A stretch of 64,000 bases of DNA from Mobula hypostoma (Eukaryota), in the NCBI RefSeq assembly GCF_963921235.1, contig NC_086097.1, positions 58,716,001 to 58,780,000 of the forward strand, written 5' to 3'. The stretch's first letter is position 1, and every line of letters begins with the position of its first letter. The notes beneath the pieces were generated by a model. It was not told the DNA's origin. It saw only the letters and a list, made by a program, of their open reading frames with translations, and made no database searches. The position numbers and the translations under genes are program-made. Positions 33,371-45,517 of this stretch are shown piece after piece.

Positions 33371-35388
33371 AGCAGGGGCTAGTGGAGTGGTCTTTGTAGT
33401 AGTGGACAACATTCAAGTAGTTATTTGAAACTTTAGCTCTTCAAAGCTTCAGTGATGAGAGGTTTGAGTGAGAGAAGGTGAAAAAGCTATCAGTACATTC
33501 TTTTTTCAACTTATTTATTGTTTCCTTCTTTATACTTGCAGGGTAGGGACGCTCCTCTTGTGGGATGTGGAAAAGCAAGAAGACCTCCAGTGTCCCTGAT
33601 GGCTTAACCTGCAAGAAGTACATCCAGCTGCAGCTTCTAACACTCCATTTTAAAGAGCTGGAGGTAGAACTGGATGAACTCTGGACTATTTGGAGGCAGT
33701 GGGGGTGATAGATAGGACATATGGAGAGGTAGTTATAACCAAGGTGTAGGACACAGGAGGCAGGCTGACAGGCAGAAAGGAGAAAGGGGTTAAACAGTTA
33801 GTGCAGAGTACCCTCTGGTCGTCCCCCTCAACAACCTGTATATCACTTTTCCTAGCACAGAGGAAAGTCGCAGCAGACGGGTCTCTGGCACTAAGTCTGG
33901 CTTGTGACTCAGAAGAGAAGAGGGAAGAGACAAGCTGTGGAGCTGGGGAATTCATTAGGGGAATAGAAAGGACGCACTCTGGACCAAAATGGAATTCCTG
34001 GATGGTGTGTTGTCTCCCAGATGTCAGGGTCGAGTCCTTTGCATTCTTAAATGGGAAGATGAGCAGCCGGAGGTCGTGGTCCATGCAGGAACCAATAACA
34101 TAGGTAGGATGAGTGATGAGGTTCTGCAAAGTGAGTTCAAGGAGTTAGGTGTTAAATTAAAGGGCAGGACCTCCAGGGTTGTGACCTCAGGATTGCTATG
34201 CGTGCTAGGTGATAGTGAGACCAGATATAGGAAGATCATACAGTTTAACACATGGGTAAGGAGTAGGTGTAGGAGAGAAAGCCTAAGATCTTTAAATCAT
34301 TGTGCTCTCTTCCTGGGAAGGTGGGACCTGTACAGAAGAGACGAAGAGACAGTTTGCACCTGAACTGGAAGGGAAATAATGATTTAGTGGGAAGGCTTCT
34401 TAGTGATGCACAGTGGTGGTGGTGGTGGTGGTGAGGGGTGGGGTTAATCTGGAATTGCAGGGTTGGGAACCAGAGTGCTAGAACAGATAGTGGAGAGAAA
34501 TGTTTCTGAGACTTCAGACAAAGTCAGGAATCAAAAGGTTGAGTGCAATGTGACTAATTTTGCAAGTTGAATATATTTTAATGCATGAAGTATCGTAGGA
34601 ATGGCAGATGGGCTCAGGGCATGGATCAACACATGGAATCATGATATTGTAGCCATTAGTTGGATTTGGTTGCAGGAGGGGTAAGACTGGCAGTTCAATA
34701 TTCTGGAGTTCCGTTGTATTAGAAGGAACAGAACGGGAAGAATTAAAGGGGGGGCGGGTATTGCTAGTCAGGAAAAATGTCACAGTAGTGCTTAGTTAGG
34801 ACAGACTGGAGAACTTGTCTAGTGAGGCTTTATGGGTGGAACTGGGGAATATAACCATGTTAATGGGGCTATGTTATAGACCACTCAACAGCCTCAGGAT
34901 TTAAAGGAACAAATTTGCAGAGAGATTGCATAGAAAAAAACATAATGTTTTTATAGTAGGTGATTTTAACTTTCCACATATTGACTAGGACTCCAATACT
35001 GTAAAAGGACTAGATGGGATAGAGTTTGTCAAATGTGTTCAGGAAGGTTACTTTAATCAGTACACAGAAGTCTCAATGAGAGTGTGTGGTACTTGATCTC
35101 CTAATAGGGAATGAGGCAGGGCAGGTGACAGAAGTTTATGTAGGGGAACATCGTGCCTAGTGATCATAATGCCATTAATTTCAAAGTAAATATGAAAAAA
35201 AGATAGATCTGGACTGTAGGTTGAAATGTAAAATTGGAGAAAGGCTAATTTTGGTCATATCAGAAAGGATCTGGCAAGTGTGGATTGGGACAGGCTGTTT
35301 TCTGACACAGGTGTACTTGATAAGTGAAGGCCTTCAAAACTGAAACTTTGAGAGTACAAAGCTTATATGTGCCTGTCAGAATAAAAGG

Positions 35389-36188
35389 TTATGCAGACAA
35401 GTGTGAGGTGTTGCATGTTGGAAGGACAAATCAAGGTAGGACATACACAGTAAATGATAGGGCACTGAGGAGTGCGGAGGAAGAAAGAGATCTGGGAGTT
35501 CAGATACATAGTTCCCTGAAAGTGGCGTCATAGGTGGACAGGGTGATAAAGATGGCTTTTGACATCCTGGCATTCATAAATCAAAGTATTGAGTATAGGA
35601 GTTGGGATGTTATGGCAAAGTTGTGTAAGATATTGGTGAGGCCAAATTTGGAATATTGTGTGCAGTTCTGGTCACCTAACCATAGGAAGGATATCGGTAA
35701 GATTGAAAGTGTGCAGAGAAGATTTACTGGGATGTTGCCGGGTCTTCAGGAGTTGAGTTACAGGGAAAGATTGAACAGGTTAGGACTTTATTCCTTGGAG
35801 CATGGAAGAATGAGGGGAGATTTGATAGAGATCTACAAAATAATGAGGGGTATAGACAGAGTAAATGCAAGTAGGCACTTTCCACTTAGATTAGGAGAGA
35901 TAAATATGAGAGGACATGGCTTTAGCGTGAAAGGGGAAAGGTTTAGGGGGAATATTAAGAGGAACTTCTTCACAGAGAGTGGTGGGAGTGTGGAATGAGC
36001 TGCCATCTGATGTGGTAAATGCAGGCTCACTCTTAAGTTTTAAGAACAAATTGGATAGATACATGGATAGGAGAGGCCTGGAAGGTTATGGACTGGGTGT
36101 GGGTCAATGGGACTAGTGGAATAAAGTTTTGGCACAGACTAGAAGGGCCGAAAGGCCTGTTTTCTGTGCTGTAGTGTTCTATGGTTCT
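35389..36188 (+). mobile_element. 5'-truncated CR1 inserted into the larger CR1
   Basis: DKCEVLHVGR..LVRPNLEYCVQFWSP..RGDLIEIYK..., tail gtgttctatggttct. Host reads across the junctions: gtcagaataaaaggt | aaagataacaag. Confidence 0.85.
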
Positions 36189-37644
36189 AAAGATAACAAG
36201 CATAGAGAACCTTGGTTTTCAGGAGCTTTTGAGGCCCTGGTTAAAAAAAGATGGAGATGCAAACCAGGTATAGGCAGGGAGGGCCAAATGAGATACTTAT
36301 GGAGTATAAGACATGCAGGAGAACACAAGAAAAAAATCAGGAGGGCTAAAAGATGGCATGAGGTTTCTCTAGCAGACAAGGGATCCTACAGATACATTAA
36401 GAGCAAAAGGATTAGAAGGGACAATATTGGTCCTCTGGAAGATCAGAATAGCAATCTATGTGTGGAGCCGAAGGAGAAGGGGGAGATGTTATATTGAATT
36501 TTTGCATCTTTATTTGGTTGGGAGATGGACACAAAGTCTATAGAAATGAGGCAAAACAGCAGGAGGTAATGGACCATATACAGAATACAGAGGAGGAGGT
36601 GTTTGCTGCTTTGAGGCAAATTAGGATGGATAAATCCCTAGGGCCTGATAAGGCGTTCCTGCAGATTCTGCAGGATGCAAGTGCGGAAACTGAAGGGGCC
36701 CTAGCAGAGATATTTAAATCATCCTTAGTGGCAGAAGAGGATACCAGAGGATTGGAGGATAGCCAATGTAGAAGATTGAGGGGTGATTTGACAGAGGTGT
36801 ATAAAATTATGAGGGCTATAGATTGGGTAAATGCAAGCAGGCTTTTTCCACTTAAGTTGGGTGGGATTACAACTGGAGGTTATGGGTTAAGGATGAAAGG
36901 TGAAATGTTTAAGGAAAATATGAGGGGAAACCTTCCATAGGGGTCTGGGAGTGTGGAATGAGCTGTCGGTGCAAGTGGTGCATGCGAGCTTGATTTCAGC
37001 ATTTAAGAGAAGTTTGGATAGGTAAATGGACGTTAAGGGTATGGAGGGGTATAGGAGTAGGCAGTTTAAATGATTTCAGCACAGACTAGATGGGCCGAAG
37101 GGCCTGTTTCCTAGCTGTACTATTCTATGAGTCTATAATTTCCCTTTTATAAAACTGTAACTGTCAGTCTAGGGATATTGAAAATATTCTTCTTTTATTT
37201 GTTTAGAAATAAATTCTAGCCTTTTTGTAATGACAGATAGTAAGCTATCTAGCTCCTTAGTTCCTGCATTCTGTCCCCACTTCTTCCTGCAATAGTACAT
37301 TACATCAACAGCTTACCATCCTCTAGGACCTCCCCAAAATTTAAGAAAAAAAAATCAATCTATTGAAGTATCCTCACCTTCATCTTTTAAAAGTCAATAA
37401 TACCAACTCTGCATATGGCACCTTTCACGTTGCTGAGAAACTGTGGAGCTAGCCCATTACCCAAACTCGCCAATGAGATGCCCACCCATCTGTACCAACC
37501 TGATACTGATATTTAGGACTGATCAAGCTGACTCTTCACGTTTTAGTCTTCCTGCACCTAGAGTCGTCTGACCACTGGGGTCAAGTGACAACCTAGTGTC
37601 TAGTAGTGGATACGCAAACCCCACCACCGGAAAATTCTGATATG

Positions 37645-37765
37645 CAGATACGAGGAAATCTGCAGATGCTGGAAATTCAAGCAATACACACAAAAGATGC
37701 TGATGAACGCAGCGGGCCAGGCAGCACCTATAGGAGGAGATACATTTTGGGCCGGAACCCTTTGT
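37645..37765 (-). mobile_element. Penelope-type tail fragment
   Basis: aaatctgcagatgctggaaattcaagcaatacacacaaaagatgctgatgaacgcagc..gccaggcagca is the reverse complement of the Penelope tail. Confidence 0.75.
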
Positions 37766-39864
37766 TCTTTTTTGTCAGCTTGCTGCTAAGATCCTTCATA
37801 ATTGGAGAACATTCAAGAATCATTTGTGGAATTAAATAATTAAAACTCACATACAGCTCTTTGAAGTCCTAGAAATGAATTACAATATATTAAGAAAAAC
37901 AAACAATGTTTTTGCATTTATCCTGTTAATTAAATTTGGCCAGACCATTCAAGTGATTCGGAATGCTTTACTTACACCAACACAGTCTTCCTTAAAGCTA
38001 AGGGCCCATTGTACTTGGCATCCAGCTTCTCAGCTCAGAACATCAATGCTCACAGCTGGACTCATTGATAACAAACTCAACAGCAGAGTAGAGGCACGTG
38101 AATCATGTCCTAGCTTCAGATCTCTGCCTCTTTGATTCCTGTGCTTCACTGTGCAGGCATCGAGGTTGGCAATGAACTGATCCTTGAGGAGAATGTAGCC
38201 AGCAGTTTTCTATGGAGAATGATTTGCCCCATGGTGAAAATAGCTCTGTCCATACATTTCTCCTTGAGTAACCTAATTTTAAATCTCAGTTATTATTAGA
38301 GCACCCTTCTTTTATTTTGTCTAATCTTGCAGTATTTTGTTCAGAAGGTGCTATGAGTTTCTGCTTAACCTTATGCTCAATAGATAAACAAAAAAAAAAT
38401 GAATGTCAACATATATTTGTCAAACCAAGTTAAAGAACTGCTTTTGTCTTCAAGAGCTTTAAATATTTTTGGTGTTGGTATTATTAATAAGGTTCTTGTC
38501 AAAAGGAAAACATTAAATATAACAGAGTGAACAGCTAAACTGACATGAACAGCTGTGACTGAAGCACAGGTTTCTATCAGAATGAATCAGCTCATTCTTC
38601 ATTTAAACTCAGCAATCCTCTGTAGCCAGTACTTTTAATTGTACCCTCAATTTCTCAATGAACATAAATTAAACATGTTAATTTAAGCACTTAATTGCTA
38701 CAGCATTTTGCAGCTTAGTGCTTTATATTAAATGTTCTAAGATAATTCTTTGTGGTAAAACAGGCAGCATTTAATGCCCCAACATGCCACTGATATAATA
38801 TTCCTTCAATTTCATCTCAGTTGATTAAAATTAAAATTAGCATGTAAGTTATTGTTCAATTAGAGTTCTGTAAGATGTCCATACTTGAGCAGGTGCTGAG
38901 TGAGGAGCACAAAGTTTTTGATACTGGTGAAACATTTGGTCTCTCTGGCAATTACCAGCTGCAAACAATTTCAGTTCAGGTTTAAAATGCAGAACAAAGC
39001 TTCTCGTACCACCTGTCAGAAGCCATTGAATGACACGATGATGACTTTATAACCAAATGTTTATAAGTTTCACTGGGTGATTTCGGTATGTTTTATTCTA
39101 CCCCATATTATGGACAATAATAAAGCAGTTTATTGGGCAATAAAATCACAAAACTTTTGCATCAGAAATGTAATCTGATATGGACAGAGGCAAAGGAAGA
39201 AATCTTTGCAAATTTCCCTTTCCAAAAGACAAAGCTCAAGAAAATAAGCTCAAGAAAAATGATTATAGGACAGACATAGAAAATATATCACCGTTAGTTG
39301 TGTATTTTCAATTGATTACTAATCAAGAGTGAAATATTGAAATAGATAAGGTGGTGAGCTGCTGTGAAAGGAAAGTCATTATCATCCTTTCACAGCACCT
39401 GTTTAATCTCATTCAGGGATAGTCACTAATTAGATACCACACTTCACCAACTTCTACGGCTCGCTTAGAAATTCCAATAAAAATGATGATTTTGTGCATC
39501 CTGCTGTCCAAAGGCCTGAGCTGAGGATTATTGTAATGGACCAGAACCTGTTGTACAAAGAGGGTTCTCATGTCTGTGCTGATCTGTAAGATAACTACAG
39601 ACATCTCCTCAAGATATGCAAGTTTTGGCCTGTTGCCTGAAGCCATTCTGATTCAAAATGTCAAACTTGCTACAGATTTTGAACATGATTGAATATCCTT
39701 GACATTCAGAAGCATTCCAAAGTTACTACTAGGCACTGAAAAGATTTAAAAGATTTCTAAATTAAAATATAATTGTTGAAAAAATCCTTTAGAGAGATAA
39801 GGACATCTTTTCAATAATTAATATACTGTATATAAGCAATTCCAATTAACTTATAGGAGATAAA

Positions 39865-40025
39865 AGCAACTGCAGATGCTCAAATCAGGTGCAAAAGATA
39901 AACAGATCTAGTTTCTTAGCGGGTTGATCAGCATCTGTAGAGGCAAATGGATAAATAACATTTTGTGCAGGGTCTCATGAACCATCTTGTCTCCACAGAT
40001 GCTACTTGGTTCAATTAGTTCCTTG
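39865..40025. mobile_element. Old fold-back Penelope-tail element
   Basis: gcatctgtagaggcaaatgg pairs imperfectly with ccatcttgtctccacagatgc. Confidence 0.5.
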
Positions 40026-40749
40026 TTCAAACTCAGCCCCCTCCTTTCAAATTAATGTGCTGACTCTTCCTGGGCCAGGTTCTAACCTACTTAAGATTCC
40101 CTAAGCTTTTGGCACTAGGGAAATCCAGCATGTTTGTATTCTACTACTGGCAAAGATTCTTTCACTGTTCAAGATTGCTTCTAGCTGTATTTCTCCCCAC
40201 AACTTGTTTTCTCTGTGATCTCCCTTCCCTGACTATGTTTCCTCTGATCACAATACTCTCAACCACAAAATCTCCCTCTCTTCTTAAACCTCCCATCAAC
40301 TGATTCAGTTTGATCATCAGTAGCCTCCCAATCCCCATACATTCTTTCCCTTCATTCATTGTTCTTTCAGTTGTTACCTTGTGCTGCCCTCCTGCAGCCA
40401 ATAGATCAAACTTAGACACTCACTTTTAGAGTAACCCTGAGGAAATGTTTAATAATTGGTATACTTACATTGTACATATTCAAATACAGTAAGCACTTTG
40501 TAGTCACAGGTAAAATTGGACTTTAATAAAGCTGACGGCTTCTCGCCTGTCAGAGGATATTTCCACCCATTTTAACACCACCCCCCAATTCTTACATTAA
40601 ATCTGTAGTTGACATCAGTGGCATTCATTGGGAATAGGGATGCTTGGAGTCATGTCTGAACTAATGGTCTGTATCATATTAGTTTCTAAAAGTTTCTAAT
40701 TACCCTTGGCTGCAAAATGAGCAAGTACAGTTGTAGTAGCACCACAGTC

Positions 40750-41228
40750 CAGGTAGTTATGGTGCCAAGGCAGGGCATGAAACAATGCAGCCTCACTTTA
40801 CAGCTGGTTGTGGTGCCAAGGCAGGGCATGAAACAATGCAGCCTCACTTTACAGCTGGTTGTGGTGCCAAGGCAGGGCATGAAACAATGCAGCCTCACTT
40901 TACAGCTGGTTGTGGTGCCAAGGCAGGGCATGAAACAATGCAGCCTCACTTTACAGGTAGTATTGGTGCCAAGGCAGGGCATGAAACAATGCAGCCTCAC
41001 TTTACAGCTGGTTGTGGTGCCAAGGCAGGGCATGAAACAATGCAGCCTCACTTTACAGGTAGTTTTGGTGCCAAGGCAGGGCATGAAACAATGCAGCCTC
41101 ACTTTACAGCTGGTTGTGGTGCCAAGGCAGGGCATGAAACAATGCAGCCTCACTTTACAGGTAGTTTTGGTGCCAAGGCAGGGCATGAAACAATGCAGCC
41201 TCACTTTACAGCTGGTTGTGGTGCCAAG
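40750..41228. repeat. 51-bp minisatellite, ~9.4 units (resumes at 43471-43542)
   Basis: Unit ggtgccaaggcagggcatgaaacaatgcagcctcactttacag(ctggttgt or gtagt.tt), starting every 51 bp from 40761. Confidence 0.97.
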
Positions 41229-42710
41229 TCAGCCTCTCACTGCTACGGGCGGAAGTTCCCACTTGCTTCGAAAAGGCGACAATTATGCAAGTGCCTAAGA
41301 AGAATAATGTGAGCTGCCTTAATGACTACCGCCTAGTATCACTCACATTGACAGTGATGAAATGCTTTGAGAGGTTGGTCATGACTAAAATGAACTCCTC
41401 CCTCAGCAAGGACCTGAGCCTATTGCAATTTGCCTATCGCCACAATAGGTCAACAGCAGACGCAATCTCAATGGCTCTCCACACGGCTTTAGACCACCTA
41501 GGCAACACAAACACCTACGTCAGGATGCTGTTCATCGACTAAAGCTCAGCATTTAATACCATAATTCCCACAATCCTGATTGAGAAGTTGCAGAACCTGG
41601 GCCTCTGTACCTCCCTCTGCAATTGGATTCTCGACTTCCTAACCGGAAGACCACAGTCTGTGTGGATTGGAGATAACACATCCTCCTTGTTGACAATCAA
41701 CACTGACGCACCACAGGGGTGTGTGCTTAGCCCACTGTTCTACTCTCTGTATACACATGATTGTGTGGCTAGGCATAGCTCAAATACCATCTACAAATTT
41801 GCTGACGATACAACCACTGTTGGTAGAATCTCAGGCGGTGACAACAGGGCGTTCAGGAGTAAGATATGCTAACTAGTGGAATGGCGCCGCAGCAAAAACC
41901 TGGCACTTAACGTCAGTTAAACAAAAGAGCTGATTGTGGACTTCAGCAAGGGTAAGACGAAGGAACACATACCAATCCTCATAGAGGGATCAGAAGCGGA
42001 GAGAGTGAGCAGTTTCAAGTTCCTCGGTGTCAGGATCTCCGAGGATATAACCTGGTCCCAACATATCGATGCAGTCATAAAGAAGGCAAGACAGTGGCTA
42101 TACTCTACTACGAGTTTGAAGAGATTTGGCGTGTCAACAAATACACTCAAAAACTTCTATAGTTGTACCATGGAGAGCATTCTGACAGGCTGCATCACTG
42201 TCTGGTATGGAGAGGCTACTGCACAGGACCGAAAGAAGCTGCAGAAGGTTGTAAATCTATTCAGCTCCATCTTGGGTACTAGCCTACAAAGTACCCGGGA
42301 CATCTTTAGGGAGCGGTGTCTCAGAAAGGCAGCGTCCATTATTGAGGACCTCCAGCACCCAGGGCATGCCCTTTTCTCACTGTTACCATCAGGTAGGAGG
42401 TACAGAAGCCTGAAGGCACACACTCAGCGATTCAGGAACAGCTTCTTCCCCTCTGCCATCTGATTCTAGAATGGACATTGAAGCTTTGGACCCTACTTCA
42501 CTTCTTTTAATATACAGTATTTCTGTTTTTGCACATTTTTTAATCTATTCAATATACTTAATCGATTTACTTGTTTATTTATTATTATGTTTTATTTTAT
42601 TTAATTTTTTTCTCTCTCTGCTAGATTATGTATTGCATTGAACTGCTGCTGCTAAGTTAACAAATTTCACATCACATGTCGGTGATAATAAACCTGATTC
42701 TCATTCTGAT
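41229..42710 (+). mobile_element. 5'-truncated Rex1/Babar LINE inserted in the minisatellite
   Basis: [53 protein letters not shown]; tail aataaacctgattctcattctgat. Confidence 0.93.
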
Positions 42711-43470
42711 TTCCAGGAGGGTAAGATGAAGGATCACTTACCAATCCTGAGGGATCAGAAGTGGAGAGAGTGAGCAGCTTCAAGTTCCTGTGTGACAAGA
42801 CCTTTGAGGATCTAACCTGGTCTCAACATATCGATGCAGTTGTAATAAAGGCAAGATAGCGGGTATTCTTCATTAGGAGTTTGAAGAGATTTGGTGCTAC
42901 AACAATACACTCAAAAACTTCTATAGTTGTACCATGGAGAGCATTCTGACAGGCTGCATCACTGTCTGGTGTGGGAGGGGGGCTACTGCACAGGGCCGGA
43001 AGAAGCTACAGGAGTTTGTAAATTTACTCAGCTCAATCTTGGGTACTAGCCTACAAAGTACCCAGGACATCTTCAGGGAGCGGTGTCTCAGAAAGGCAGT
43101 GTCCATTATTGAGGACCTCCAGCACCCAGGACATGCCCTTTTCTCACTGTTGCCATCGGGTAGGAGGTACAGAAGCCTGAAGGCACACACTCAGTGATTC
43201 AGGAACAGCTTCTTCCCCTCTGCCATCCGATTCCTAAATGGACATTGAACCCTTGGACACTACCTCACCTTTTTAATATATAGTATTTCTGTTTTTGCGC
43301 AATTTTCAATCTATTCAATATACATATACTGTAATTGATTGATTGATTATTATTATTTTTTTAGCTTGTTTTTTTTCTTCTATATTATGAATTGCATTGA
43401 ACTGCTGCTGCTAAGTTAACAAATTTCATGTCACATGACGGTGATAATAAACCTGATTCTGATTCAGATA
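42711..43470 (+). mobile_element. Second, shorter Rex1/Babar copy joined head-to-tail to the first
   Basis: Similar but not identical to 41945-42710, with its own tail aataaacctgattctgattcagata. Confidence 0.9.
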
Positions 43471-43542
43471 CAAGGCAGGGCATGCAACAATGCAGCCTCA
43501 CATTACAGCTGGTTATGGTGCCAAGGCAGGGCATGAAACAAT
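43471..43542. repeat. Distal remnant of the 51-bp minisatellite
   Basis: caaggcagggcatgcaacaatgcagcctcacattacagctggttatggtgccaaggcagggcatgaaacaat. Confidence 0.9.
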
Positions 43543-44959
43543 ACTACAGTGGTATCAGTGAACACATGAGATACAAAGGCAAACATATTAATCTTTGACA
43601 TATTCCAAGATAAATAAAAACACTAAGAAATAGATCTATTAATAAATGCAAATTAATGAATGCCACCACAAAACAACTAAGTTTATGTCATGTTTGACAT
43701 TAGCAATAAACCTGATTCTGATTCTGATTCTGAAGTAGAGCTGCCAATGAAGAGATTACATCAGATGCCATTTCAAATTATGACAGGAGAATGCCTCAAG
43801 AACTTTGCTACTGATACTGACATGACATTTAATTTGGTCTTGTCAGGCCAATAACTTGGTGTACCTGCACAGTTATATGGAAATGGATGACTGACATCAG
43901 GGGAAATATCAAATGCTGTCTACTTGTTTGTGTAAGATAGAAATTTGAGAAAAAATATTTTGGAAGAGGGATAAAGATATACAATAAATAAAAAAACTTC
44001 AAAAGGTAAGGAGAGACTTGGGAAGTCTGTTACGTATATTTGGAATTGTAACACAAGTTGATTTGCGAAAAACACACAGTATTCTCAGTTTTATAAACAG
44101 ATGCATGGAGTGTTCAGGTAAAAATGGTAGTGCAAGAGGCACACAAATCATTGGTTAGAAAACTGTACATCTAATTTCAGAGAAGAAATCAAATCCACAG
44201 GAAGGCACAGAAGGGATTCAATAATATCATTTTGATTTTGTGCTAGTATTTCCCTTTAGCTTTCTTTTGGCTTTCCTACTTTGTCTGTTACTAACTGCAT
44301 TTTTCTTTGCAGGTAACATTTAGGAGGATAAGCCAATAATGCATCATACAGAAATTAATTTGAAAAATCTTCCACTGCATTCATTTTATCCAACACCAGA
44401 ACTATCCGGATTACTGTGAACAGTCACTGTTTCATCGTTGAAGTCTGCTTATTGAATTCAAAAATCCAAAAGCATTTTGCTGTACCAAAATTTAACCGAA
44501 TCATATTATGATAACTGCAAGATAAATGGTCTTGTACCATTAGGCTGCTAACAACATCTGGCTCATTACTTAACACTAAATCTAATCTGCAACACTGAGT
44601 TGGGTGACAGGACTGTGTTGCAAACAAAATATCAAACATATACAAAACATTTATTGGGTCTGATGTCCTTGCCTGTGCCTTGTCTTCATCCAATCAAGCT
44701 GCGTGACAATACTGAATGTTTATGCATGGAATTGCATGCTGACCTTCCAACAACTCACCCTGTCCAAGGCCTTCCTTAATTTCTAAATGTCTCTGATGCT
44801 CATGACATTTGCAAATAAGAAAAACAAATCATTACAAACAAACATTGACAACATACAAAATTGTAATCAATTGAGTAAAATCAAATATATTGTGAAGAAA
44901 ACAAATATAACAATTGTATTAGTTTACCTTTAAAGTGAAGGCTGACAAGCACATTCAAA

Positions 44960-45512
44960 TCACAAAGAAGAGAAAATCTGCAGATGCTGGAAATCTGAGC
45001 AACACACTCAAAATTTTGTAGAACACAGCAGGCCAGGCCGCATCTATGGAAAGGAGTATAGTCGATGTTGCGGGCCAAGACCCTTCACCAGGACTGGAAA
45101 AAAAGACGAGCAGTCAGAGTAAGAAAGTGGGAGGTGGGAGGGGGGAGGGGAGGAGAGGTGAGGTGAAGCGCTGGGATGTTGATTATTGAAAGAAATACAG
45201 GGCTGGAGAAGGGGGGATCTGATAGCAGAGGACAGAAGGCTATGGAAGAAAGAAAAGGGGAGGAGGACCAGATGGAGGTGATGGACAGGTAAGGAGATAA
45301 GGTGAGAGAGGGAAATAGGAATGGGGAATGGTGAAGAGGGGGGCACTACCGGAAGTTTGAGAAATCAATGTTTATGCCATCAGGTTGGAGGCTACCTAGA
45401 TGGAATTAAAGGTATTGCTCCTCCACCCTGAGTGTGGCCTCATTGCAACAGTAGAGGAGGCCATAGACTGACATGTTGGAATGGGAATTAAAATGGATGG
45501 CCACTGGGAAAC
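44960..45512 (-). mobile_element. Penelope-like element 3' fragment with a mutated hammerhead-like motif
   Basis: Minus strand cagtcCTGGTGAagggtcttggcccGCAAcatcgact at ~45060-45096. Homologous to 27700-28135 and 51480-52010. Confidence 0.85.
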
Positions 45513-45517
45513 CCCAT

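Larger units (their letters stand above)
33111..37135 (+). mobile_element. CR1 LINE with 5' UTR, ORF1 (zinc finger/coiled coil and SGNH esterase), APE, internally deleted RT and 3' tail
   Basis: CGMW..SVPDGLTCKKYIQLQLL; MVCCLP..EQPEVVVHAGTNNIG; YFNA*SIV..WNHDIVAI; GDFNFPHID; DKSLGPD; RRLRGDLTEVYKIM; tail gggccgaagggcctgtttc..tattctatg. Confidence 0.9.

Noticed and set aside
39413..39646. 77-aa minus-strand ORF with an acceptor-like cttacag
   Set aside because: No recognisable protein family and no clear donor site.
40686..41312. Three overlapping 172-193 aa repetitive ORFs on both strands
   Set aside because: By-product of a stop-poor 51-bp (17-codon) minisatellite that runs into a Rex1 fragment; no splice or domain support.
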